DNA of 64,000 bases, taken from the NCBI GenBank assembly GCA_963667175.2, contig CAXXXF010000003.1, forward strand, positions 513,952 through 577,951, given 5' to 3'. Source of the DNA: Candidatus Latescibacterota bacterium (GTDB taxonomy: Bacteria; Latescibacterota; UBA2968; GCA-2709665). The position numbers and the translations under genes are program-made. The notes beneath the pieces were generated by a model. That model did no database searches and was not told where the DNA came from. It worked only from the letters and a program-made list of their open reading frames with translations. Below are positions 1 through 7,983 of the stretch, piece by piece. The stretch's first letter is position 1. Every line of letters starts with the position of its first letter.

Positions 1-9
1 GGAAATCGG

Positions 10-504
10 ATGGAGGAACTGAAGGAGATCGAGGCTTCCATCGAGGGACGAGGTCTCGGGACGTTGATGCTGTGGTTCTGCGTGGGGCTGGTCGGGGTGT
101 TGATCTCCAGTCATTTTATCGTGGATTCCGCCGTGGTCATCGCCAAGGCATTGGCAGTCAGCGAAGCGGTGATCGCGCTTACGGTGATCGCCATCGGCAC
201 GTCGTTGCCGGAGATCGCGACAGGCGTGACGGCCGCCCGCAGAGGACACGGTGAGATTGTCGTCGGCAATATTCTTGGCGCGGACATCCTGAATATCTGC
301 TGGATCGCGGGCGCGTCCGCGGTGGTCAATCCGCTCGTGGTGACGCCCAAAGTGATCCATTTTTCGTTTCCCGCCATGCTGGTGATCGTATTTGCGATGC
401 TCCTCATGATGCGCACAGGCTACCGCCTGACGCGAATCGAGGGTTTCGTGCTGCTGGCGATATACGGGATATATCTGGCGTTGACGGGAATCATGTTTTT
501 TTAG
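10..504 (+). CDS. Calcium/sodium antiporter (YrbG family), C-terminal part; probably begins upstream of window
   Basis: GTSLPE alpha-repeat motif, GNILGADILN, multiple hydrophobic helices. Confidence 0.85.
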   Translation: MEELKEIEASIEGRGLGTLMLWFCVGLVGVLISSHFIVDSAVVIAKALAVSEAVIALTVIAIGTSLPEIATGVTAARRGHGEIVVGNILGADILNICWIAGASAVVNPLVVTPKVIHFSFPAMLVIVFAMLLMMRTGYRLTRIEGFVLLAIYGIYLALTGIMFF

Positions 505-513
505 GGGACCACA

Positions 514-1548
514 TTGGGCGGGATATTCGTGACCGGAGGCGCCGGGTTCATCGGCTCGAACTTCGTTCGGTACTGGCTGTCCAGATATCCGGACGACAAT
601 GTCATAAACTACGATCTGCTCACGTACGCCGGGAATCCGGACAACCTGACCGACGTGGTCGCGACGTATCCCGGCCGGTACGAGTTCGTTCAGGGTGACA
701 TCGGCAACTATCAGTTGACCAGGGAACTTCTGGAACGGCGCCGGCCGGACTGTGTCGTCAACTTCGCCGCCGAGTCGCACAACAGCCGCGCCGTTGTCAA
801 TCCCGACGTCTTCTTCGAGACCAACGTGCTGGGAACACAGCGACTGTTGCAGGCGGCGCACGACGCCGGCGTGCCCAGGGTTCACCATATTTCCACCTGT
901 GAGGTCTACGGGGACCTGCCGCTCGATTCGGAGGAGAGCTTTTCGGAAACCGACCCGTATCAGCCGCGAACGCCGTACAACGCATCCAAAGCGGCCGCCG
1001 ACCTGGCGGTCCGGGCGTACCATCTGACGTTCGGTCTGCCGGTTACGATTTCCAATTGCGCAAACAACTACGGAGCGTACCAGTTTCCCGAAAAGGTGAT
1101 CCCTCTGTTTGTCACCCAGCTCCTCAACGGGAAGAAGATGACGCTCTACAAGAGCAGCCGGAACAAACGGGAGTGGCTCCACGTGGATGACCACTGCCGG
1201 GCGATCGATCTCATCCTGAAGCGGGGTAAGATCGGGGAGACGTACAACGTCGGCAGCGGCGTTGAAGTGGACGTCGAGACGGTCGCGGACACGATTCTGG
1301 ACGTGCTCGGGCTGGATGGATCGTACAAGGTTTACGTTCCGGACCGTCCCGGACACGACCGCAGATATCTTCTGGATTCGAGCAAGCTGCGGACCGGACT
1401 CGGCTGGCGCCCCGAAGTTTCCTTCGAGCACGGGTTCAGGGAGACAGTACTCTGGTACACCGACAACCGGGCCTGGTGGGAACCTCTCCTGCAACGTCTC
1501 GACGTGGACGAGGAAGCCTGGACGCAGGCGTCGACTCGCCGGTCCTGA
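514..1548 (+). CDS. rfbB: dTDP-glucose 4,6-dehydratase
   Basis: TGGAGFIGSN, D-LTYAGN, NFAAESH, YNASK, QFPEK, DRPGHDRRY motifs. Confidence 0.95.
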   Translation: MGGIFVTGGAGFIGSNFVRYWLSRYPDDNVINYDLLTYAGNPDNLTDVVATYPGRYEFVQGDIGNYQLTRELLERRRPDCVVNFAAESHNSRAVVNPDVFFETNVLGTQRLLQAAHDAGVPRVHHISTCEVYGDLPLDSEESFSETDPYQPRTPYNASKAAADLAVRAYHLTFGLPVTISNCANNYGAYQFPEKVIPLFVTQLLNGKKMTLYKSSRNKREWLHVDDHCRAIDLILKRGKIGETYNVGSGVEVDVETVADTILDVLGLDGSYKVYVPDRPGHDRRYLLDSSKLRTGLGWRPEVSFEHGFRETVLWYTDNRAWWEPLLQRLDVDEEAWTQASTRRS

Positions 1549-1587
1549 TCCGAGACACGTGTCCATGTCTCCTTGAAAGGGCGTTGA

Positions 1588-2160
1588 ATGCCGTTCCGGT
1601 TTCAAAAATTGAGAATACCCGGACTCGTTCTCGTCGAGCCCCGTGTTTTTGGAGACAGTCGCGGGTTTCTGATGGAGTCCTACAAGAGGTCGGATTTCGA
1701 AGCGGATGGAATCTTCGCCGAGTTTGTGCAGGATATCCATTCCCACTCGGTCAGGGGCGTCCTGAGGGGAATGCACTTTCAGCTGCGCCCAGCGGCGCAG
1801 GCCAAGCTGGTGAGGGTTGTGAAGGGCGAGGTGTTCGACGTGGCGGTGGATATCCGCAGGAATGCCCCCACCTTCGGACAGTGGGAAGGGGTGGTGCTGT
1901 CTGACGAAAACCACAGGATGTTCTACGTTCCGGAGGGATTTGCGCACGGGTTCTGCGTGCTGAGCGACGAGGCCGAGTTCGTCTACAAGGTCACCGCGGA
2001 GTTCGCGCCGGACCTCGACCGGGGCATCCTGTGGAACGATCCGGCCGTCGGCATCGACTGGCCGGTTTCCAATCCCGTCCTGTCCGCGAAGGACCTGGCG
2101 CTGCCCCCGCTGGCCGACGCCGAAAATAACTTCGTCTACGACACGGGCACGGGTGGCTGA
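1588..2160 (+). CDS. rfbC: dTDP-4-dehydrorhamnose 3,5-epimerase
   Basis: FGDSRG, GVLRGMHFQ, QAKLVRV, DVAVDIR, VPEGFAHGF, LSAKD. Confidence 0.95.
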   Translation: MPFRFQKLRIPGLVLVEPRVFGDSRGFLMESYKRSDFEADGIFAEFVQDIHSHSVRGVLRGMHFQLRPAAQAKLVRVVKGEVFDVAVDIRRNAPTFGQWEGVVLSDENHRMFYVPEGFAHGFCVLSDEAEFVYKVTAEFAPDLDRGILWNDPAVGIDWPVSNPVLSAKDLALPPLADAENNFVYDTGTGG

Positions 2161-2241
2161 AATTGATAGGGAATTCGACGAAATTCGGGGAGGCGACGCG
2201 GTCACGGACGTGGTACCGGGGTTGTCGGATCCGGACTGATC

Positions 2242-2883
2242 CTATCCAAGCGGGCTGCCGCCGCCGAAGAGGTCTTCTCCTTCTTCGGCGGTTTCTTCTT
2301 TGTTGGAGATGCCCCAGATCAGGCCGTGGGGATCCAGTTCGTTCAAAGGGGGGCTGTCGTAGTCCGGTTGGAGTTCGCTGCCGCAGATGGGACAGCACGC
2401 ATAGGAGGGATGATACAGGACGCCGTTGTTGCAGGTCTTGCAGGATTTCACCATCGTATCCAGCTTGTCGCCGCATCGCACACAGTGCTGAAAGTAGCCG
2501 TCGTAGGGCGTGCTCTCCCCGCACCCGGAACATTTCACCACGTCGTGCATGCCCAGTTTGTCGGCCGGCGGCTGCTCGAGCGAGATCGCCTGTCGGTCCG
2601 GCACGGAGACGTATTCGGCCTTGAACGTCTGGAATTTTTCGCGGATCTGGCTGGTCTGCACGCCCAGGTATTTTTCCGATATCGTGATCGTGAAGACCAG
2701 ATTGGGCGAAATGCCCAGGAAGTGGATGAGGTCACGCGTATTCCAGTCCCGCTGTTCCACGATGGTGGCCTTGTGGGTTTCGCACAGGCTGAGGAAGTCC
2801 TGGATTTTCTTTCGGTTCTCCCGCCGCCGGCTGTTGTCTTCACGTTCAAACTCGTACAGGGTGCCGAAGTCGACGCGGATCAT
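2242..2883 (-). CDS. Hypothetical protein with C-terminal double zinc ribbon
   Basis: Four CxxC pairs (CSGC, CVRC, CKTC, CPIC); start overlaps the uvrA stop (ATGA coupling). Confidence 0.7.
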   Translation of the reverse strand: MIRVDFGTLYEFEREDNSRRRENRKKIQDFLSLCETHKATIVEQRDWNTRDLIHFLGISPNLVFTITISEKYLGVQTSQIREKFQTFKAEYVSVPDRQAISLEQPPADKLGMHDVVKCSGCGESTPYDGYFQHCVRCGDKLDTMVKSCKTCNNGVLYHPSYACCPICGSELQPDYDSPPLNELDPHGLIWGISNKEETAEEGEDLFGGGSPLG

Positions 2884-5651
2884 GGTTCGATCACCTCTTT
2901 GAGAAAGCGGCCGGTGTGTGAGGCCGGCGCGGCGGAAACGCGTTCCGGGGGCCCCTCCGCGACGACCCTCCCGCCGGAATCGCCGCCGCCGGGACCGAGA
3001 TCGACGATCCAGTCCGCCCGTTTCACCACGTCCAGGTTGTGTTCGATCACAATGACGGTGTTGCCCTTGTCCACCAGCCGATCCAGAACCGAAACGAGCG
3101 TCCGGATGTCCTCGAAGTGCAGCCCGGTCGTCGGCTCGTCCAGAATATACATGGTTTTACCTGTTGCCACACGCGAAAGTTCGGCGGCCAGTTTGATGCG
3201 TTGCGCTTCGCCTCCGGAGAGGGCCGTCGCCGGCTGCCCCAGCCGGATATAACCCAGGCCGACGTCCGCGAGGGTTTCCAGCTTCCTCCGCGCGCCGGGT
3301 ATATCCCGAAAGAACGTGAGCGCCCTCTCGGTGGTCATCTTCAGGACGTCCGCGATCGAACAGCCCTTGTAGCGGATTTCCAGGGTCTCCCTGTTGTAAC
3401 GGCTTCCGCCACAGGCATCGCAGGTCACGTAGACGTCGGGAAGGAAGTCCATTTCGATCCGTTTGAGGCCGTCGCCCTGACAGGGCTCGCAGCGTCCCCC
3501 CTTCCGATTGAAGCTGAATCGACCGGGCGTATATCCCCGGACCCTGGACTCGGGCAGTTGCGCGTAGAGATCTCGAATGTCCGTAAAGACGTCGGTGTAG
3601 GTGGCCGCATTTGATCGCGGTGTCCGACCGATAGGCGCCTGATCGATCCGGATGATCTTGTCGATCCGGGAAAGTCCCTCGATGCCGTCGTGCCCAAGCG
3701 GTACGGCCGTGGCGTTGTGCAGCCTGTTCGCCAGCGCCGGATAGAGTGTCCCGTTGATCAGAGTGCTCTTTCCGGACCCGGACACACCGGTAACGCAGAC
3801 AAGGACGCCCAGCGGCAGCGTGACGTCAACGGACTTGAGATTGTGTCCTCGGGCGCCCTTCAATACGATCCGGCCGGTGGGTTGTCTGCTGTCGGGGGGC
3901 TGGGGGATGGATTTCCGCCCGGAGAGGTAAGCGCCCGTGAGGCATTCGCGGGCGGCCATAATATCCTCAACGCTACCCTGCGCGATCAGTTCGCCGCCCT
4001 GCTCGCCCGCTCCGGGCCCGAGGTCGATCAGATGGTCGGCGGCCATCATGGTCTCCCGGTCGTGTTCCACCACCAGAACCGTATTGCCGAGGTCCCGGAG
4101 CGTTTCCAGCGTGTCGATGAGCTTGCGGTTGTCCCCGGGGTGCAATCCGACACTGGGTTCGTCGAGGACGTAGAGCACTCCCGAAAGGCGCGTGCCGATC
4201 TGCGTGGCCATGCGGATCCGCTGCGTTTCGCCGCCAGAGAGGGAGGCCACGCTGCGTTCCAGCGTGAGATAACCCACACCCACGTCCCTCAGGAAGACGA
4301 GCCTGTTGCGGATTTCATCCAGAATCGTGTCGACGACCTCCCGGGGACCCAGTCTTCCCTTCAGGCGATCCATGAAATCGATGGCCCGGTCGATGCCCAT
4401 CGCCGATACCTGCCCGATATTGCTGCCGTCAATGGTGACCGCCAGGGCCTCCTTTCGCAACCTGGCGCCGGCACAGTCCGAGCAGACAACGGTACGGACG
4501 TACGGTTCCGGGGCGGACCCGGCTTCATCGGATGCGGCATCCGCAACCCGCCGGTTGAGGGACGGGATCACGCCGTCGAAGCCGAGGGATTCGTCGCCCC
4601 ACAGAATGGCCTCCTTCGCGCTGGTTGGAAGCGAACCGAACGGCGCGGCGACGTCGAACCCATACCGGTCCGCGAGGCGCCTGAGAAGGTCGAGCTTCGC
4701 GCGGCCCCTGGGGACGCCCCAGGGTGCGATTGCGCCCTCGGCTATGGAGCGCCCCGCGTCCGGAACGACGCAGTCAGGGTCTATTTCCGTCCTCTCGCCC
4801 ATTCCATTGCAGGCGGGACAGGCGCCGTGCGGGTTGTTGAACGAGAAAAGACGGGGCGTCAGTTCTTCGAGGGCGGCGTCGCAGTTTCTGCAGATCAACC
4901 GGGTGGAAAAGCTCAACTCACGGCCTTCGAGTACATCCAGAAGGACGATGCCGCCGGACAGGGCGAGCGCGGTTTCGAGCGAGTCGGCCAGCCGCCGTTC
5001 CATTTGCGGGCGGACGACCAGGCGGTCGATGACCGCGTCGACGGTATGCGGTCTCTTCGGGTCCAGGCGAATCTCCTCTTCCAGCGCCCGATCGCGGCCG
5101 TCGATCCGCACGCGCACGAATCCATCGCGCCGCAGGCGTTCCAGTTCCCGGTCCAGGCGACCTTTCCGGTTTCGTATCCATGGCGCCAGAATTCGGAGGC
5201 GGGCGCCCGCCGGCATCTCAAGCACCGTGTCGACGATTTCGCCAACGGTCTGGCAGGAGATGGGACTCCCGCAATGCGGGCAATGCGGCAGACCGGCCCG
5301 CGCGAAGAGGACCCTGAGATGGTCGTGGATTTCCGTGAGGGTGCCAACCGTCGACCTGGAATTTCCCGCGGCACGACGCTGTTGAATCGCTACGGCGGGG
5401 GAGAGGCCGTCGATGCTGTCGACGTCGGGTCTCTCCATCACCTCCAGGAAACGGCGCGTATGAGCGGACGTCGCCTCCACGTACCTGCGCTGTCCTTCGG
5501 CATAGATGGTGTCGAAGGCCAGCGAGGATTTCCCCGAGCCCGACGGCCCCGTGATGACGACAAACCGGTTCTTGGGGACGTCGAGATCGAGACCCCGCAG
5601 GTTGTGCTGGCGGGCGCCGCGTATTCGGATGGCGTCGTTTGCAGGTGGCAT
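2880..5651 (-). CDS. uvrA: Excinuclease ABC subunit A (start corrected to 5651)
   Basis: GARQHNL, GPSGSGKSSLAFDTIYAEGQRRYVE, zinc fingers, LSGGE signatures, second Walker A GVSGSGKST; the ORF-track extension to 5831 overlaps an RNA gene and terminator. Confidence 0.95.
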   Translation of the reverse strand: MPPANDAIRIRGARQHNLRGLDLDVPKNRFVVITGPSGSGKSSLAFDTIYAEGQRRYVEATSAHTRRFLEVMERPDVDSIDGLSPAVAIQQRRAAGNSRSTVGTLTEIHDHLRVLFARAGLPHCPHCGSPISCQTVGEIVDTVLEMPAGARLRILAPWIRNRKGRLDRELERLRRDGFVRVRIDGRDRALEEEIRLDPKRPHTVDAVIDRLVVRPQMERRLADSLETALALSGGIVLLDVLEGRELSFSTRLICRNCDAALEELTPRLFSFNNPHGACPACNGMGERTEIDPDCVVPDAGRSIAEGAIAPWGVPRGRAKLDLLRRLADRYGFDVAAPFGSLPTSAKEAILWGDESLGFDGVIPSLNRRVADAASDEAGSAPEPYVRTVVCSDCAGARLRKEALAVTIDGSNIGQVSAMGIDRAIDFMDRLKGRLGPREVVDTILDEIRNRLVFLRDVGVGYLTLERSVASLSGGETQRIRMATQIGTRLSGVLYVLDEPSVGLHPGDNRKLIDTLETLRDLGNTVLVVEHDRETMMAADHLIDLGPGAGEQGGELIAQGSVEDIMAARECLTGAYLSGRKSIPQPPDSRQPTGRIVLKGARGHNLKSVDVTLPLGVLVCVTGVSGSGKSTLINGTLYPALANRLHNATAVPLGHDGIEGLSRIDKIIRIDQAPIGRTPRSNAATYTDVFTDIRDLYAQLPESRVRGYTPGRFSFNRKGGRCEPCQGDGLKRIEMDFLPDVYVTCDACGGSRYNRETLEIRYKGCSIADVLKMTTERALTFFRDIPGARRKLETLADVGLGYIRLGQPATALSGGEAQRIKLAAELSRVATGKTMYILDEPTTGLHFEDIRTLVSVLDRLVDKGNTVIVIEHNLDVVKRADWIVDLGPGGGDSGGRVVAEGPPERVSAAPASHTGRFLKEVIEP

Positions 5652-5666
5652 GCGGGATTGGCGAGG

Positions 5667-5696
5667 CAAAACCCCGATCGGGCGACCGGGGTTTTG
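5667..5696 (-). terminator. Intrinsic terminator hairpin (bidirectional form) just after the tRNA-like gene
   Basis: CAAAACCCC...GGGGTTTTG inverted repeat with T-tracts on both strands. Confidence 0.75.
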
Positions 5697-5698
5697 GA

Positions 5699-5766
5699 TG
5701 GCGCGGCAGAGAGGACTCGAACCTCCAACCATCCGGTCCGAAGCCGGATGCTTGAACCGCTGCCGC
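5699..5766 (-). tRNA. tRNA-Arg(UCG)-like RNA lacking a D-arm (68 nt, encoded CCA)
   Basis: GCGGCAG-cggttcaagca-TCCGG-CTTCGGA-CCGGA-tggtt-GGAGG-TTCGAGT-CCTCT-CTGCCGC-G-CCA: perfect acceptor and anticodon stems, canonical T-arm, only 11 nt where the D-arm should be. Confidence 0.8.
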
Positions 5767-5780
5767 GGAGGCGTTGGATA

Positions 5781-5808
5781 AATATACGCACCGCCGGCGC
5801 CGTTGCAA
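5781..5808 (-). promoter_or_regulatory. Putative sigma70 promoter of the tRNA-like gene
   Basis: TTGCAA-16 nt-TATATT on the minus strand, 14 nt upstream of the mature 5' end. Confidence 0.6.
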
Positions 5809-5824
5809 GCCCAAAAATCGCCAC

Positions 5825-5853
5825 TTGACAATGGCGGACGAAATGGGAAAATT
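5825..5853 (+). promoter_or_regulatory. Possible divergent promoter for hemL
   Basis: Consensus TTGACA at 5825-5830 with a weak -10 (AAAATT) 17 nt downstream. Confidence 0.35.
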
Positions 5854-5912
5854 AGGGACTTGCCGCAGCTGAGCTGAAATCCGAAAGCGGCCGTTGTGTC
5901 AGGGGGTATGTT

Positions 5913-7202
5913 GTGAACAACCGTTCGGCAGCGTTATTCGAAGCGGCGCAGCGGGTGATTCCGGGCGGCGTGAACAGCCCGGCGCGTGCTTTCGGCCCCG
6001 TAGGCGGCCAGCCGCTGTTCATAACGCGAGGAAGCGGGTCGAAAGTTTTCGATGCGGACGGGCGGGAGTTTGTCGACTACGTCTGTTCGTGGGGACCGCT
6101 GGTTCTGGGCCACGCGCCGCCAGGCGTGGTAGAAGCGCTCAAGCGGACCTGCGAGCAGGGTACGAGTTTCGGGGCGCCCACTGAGACAGAGGTTGAAATG
6201 GCCCGGCTGGTCACCGAACGCGTGCCCGGTGTGGAAATGGTGCGCATGGTGAACTCGGGTACCGAGGCCACGATGTCAGCCGTGCGTCTGGCCAGGGGGG
6301 TTACGGGACGCGAGAAGGTGATCAAGTTCGAGGGCTGCTGGCACGGGCACGCCGACAGCTTTCTGATTCAGGCCGGGTCGTCGGCGCTCACCACGGGCGT
6401 GCCCAGCAGCCCCGGCGTGACCGCGGGCACGGCGGCTGGCACCCTCACCGCGCCCTACAACGACCTCGAGGCGGTTGAGCGGATCGTGGCGGAGAACCCG
6501 GACGAGATCGCGGCGGTCATCGTGGAGCCGGTGGCAGGCAATATGGGTGTGATTCCGCCGGCGGACGGATTCCTGGAAGGATTGCGGGAACTCACCGCGG
6601 ATTCGGAGATTGTGCTCATATTCGACGAAGTAATCACCGGATTCAGGGTTCATCCGGGCGGCGCCCAGGCGTTATACGGGGTCACGCCCGATCTGACCAC
6701 GCTCGGCAAAATTATCGGCGGCGGGCTGCCGGTGGGCGCCTTCGGCGGCAGGCGGGAGATCATGTCGCATATTTCGCCGCTCGGCAAAGGGGTATCGCAG
6801 GCCGGGACGCTATCGGGAAATCCCCTCGCGATGACGGCGGGCCGCGAGACGCTCAGGCAACTCCGGGAACCCGGCGCGTATGAATCGCTGGAAGCCAAAG
6901 CCGCCGCCCTGGAGGCCGGCTTCCGGGAAAACCTGAGGTCGCTCGGATTGCCGTTTCAACTGAACCGGGTCGGGTCCATGATGACCCTGTTCTTTACGGA
7001 CCGTCCCGTGACGCGATACGCGGCCGCCGTCGCGTGCGACCAGGAGGTTTTCGCGCGTTACTTCCGGCTGATGCTGGAACAGGGCGTCTATCTGGCGCCT
7101 TCCCAGTTCGAAGCGACCTTTGTCTCGCTGGCGCATACGGACGCGGATATCGACCGGACCGTGGAAGCGCAGTACAAAGCCTTGAAATCATGCGCAGTCT
7201 GA
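5913..7202 (+). CDS. hemL: Glutamate-1-semialdehyde 2,1-aminomutase
   Basis: [61 protein letters not shown]. Confidence 0.95.
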   Translation: MNNRSAALFEAAQRVIPGGVNSPARAFGPVGGQPLFITRGSGSKVFDADGREFVDYVCSWGPLVLGHAPPGVVEALKRTCEQGTSFGAPTETEVEMARLVTERVPGVEMVRMVNSGTEATMSAVRLARGVTGREKVIKFEGCWHGHADSFLIQAGSSALTTGVPSSPGVTAGTAAGTLTAPYNDLEAVERIVAENPDEIAAVIVEPVAGNMGVIPPADGFLEGLRELTADSEIVLIFDEVITGFRVHPGGAQALYGVTPDLTTLGKIIGGGLPVGAFGGRREIMSHISPLGKGVSQAGTLSGNPLAMTAGRETLRQLREPGAYESLEAKAAALEAGFRENLRSLGLPFQLNRVGSMMTLFFTDRPVTRYAAAVACDQEVFARYFRLMLEQGVYLAPSQFEATFVSLAHTDADIDRTVEAQYKALKSCAV

Positions 7203-7654
7203 GAGTCATTCTCCTCCTGTCGCTCGGGGCGCCGGGATGCGGCGGCGAAAGCGATCACTTTACCCGGCTCCGTTCCGGCACGCCGCAAGAGCGCGAGGAT
7301 GCGGCGGCGTATCTCGGCGCCCGCCGGATTCCCGGATCGGCGCCCTATTTGCGACAGGCGCTGAGGGATACGGTTCCGGAGGTGCGCGCCAAGGCGATCT
7401 GGGCGCTGGGGATGCTGGGCGCCGTCGAAGCGCTTCCCGATCTGGCGCCATTCCTTACGGCCAACAGCCGCCGGTTGCGCCAGCAGGCCGCCGTCGCGAT
7501 GATGCACATCGAACAGCCCGAGGCGATCGCCGTTCTTGAGCTGGCGATGCAGACGGAGAGAGACCCGTGGGTCAGAAGCGATCTGGCGAGGGCGATAGCG
7601 CACCTCAAGCAGTTCGTGGGAGAATCCGACGTCGCGGAGGGCACGTTCCGTTAG
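7190..7654 (+). CDS. HEAT-repeat protein, likely lipoprotein
   Basis: N-terminal hydrophobic stretch ending in GCGG; repeats of the L..AL.D..PEVR..A..ALG type; overlaps the hemL stop. Confidence 0.75.
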   Translation: MRSLRVILLLSLGAPGCGGESDHFTRLRSGTPQEREDAAAYLGARRIPGSAPYLRQALRDTVPEVRAKAIWALGMLGAVEALPDLAPFLTANSRRLRQQAAVAMMHIEQPEAIAVLELAMQTERDPWVRSDLARAIAHLKQFVGESDVAEGTFR

Positions 7655-7924
7655 CAGTCCGTTGAAAAAGTCGCTCTGCAGGCGAGACCGAGTCATTGTG
7701 GCCGAAGACAAGGCGCGCCTGTCTGCGTGCCTGCCTGCGCCGAGACGTGCTCGGCAGGCAGGCGGACACGCACAGGCAGGCGACCGACGCGAATGCCTGG
7801 ATTCGGGGAGGGAGCGCCTGCCTGCCGCAGGCAGGCAACGCCGTATTTCGGTCACAAGGGCCGGACGCCTGTCTGCGTGCGAACGCACAGGCAGGCAGCC
7901 CGGATGGACTTTATCAACGGGCTG
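7655..7924. mobile_element. 270-bp MITE with 18-bp terminal inverted repeats and TTAG target duplication
   Basis: CAGTCCGTTGAAAAAGTC (7655-7672) versus GACTTTATCAACGGGCTG (7907-7924), 16/18 match; TTAG at 7651-7654 and 7925-7928; no transposase. Confidence 0.75.
7719..7895. repeat. Cluster of CCTG(T/C)CTGC...CAGGCAGG palindromes inside the MITE, one nested in another
   Basis: Copies near 7719-7781, 7817-7835 and 7868-7895. Confidence 0.7.
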
Positions 7925-7983
7925 TTAGGCGGTTTCGGCCTTGCCCTTTTTCAGGGACATGACATTACGGGGGCATTTCACTT

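Noticed and set aside
5773-5780. GTTGGATA resembling the missing tRNA-Arg D-loop (split or permuted tRNA idea)
   Set aside because: It is on the opposite strand, only 8 nt long, and abuts the putative -10 box; probably chance
5652-5831. N-terminal extension of UvrA in the ORF track
   Set aside because: It overlaps the tRNA-like gene, its promoter and terminator; UvrA homology begins at 5651
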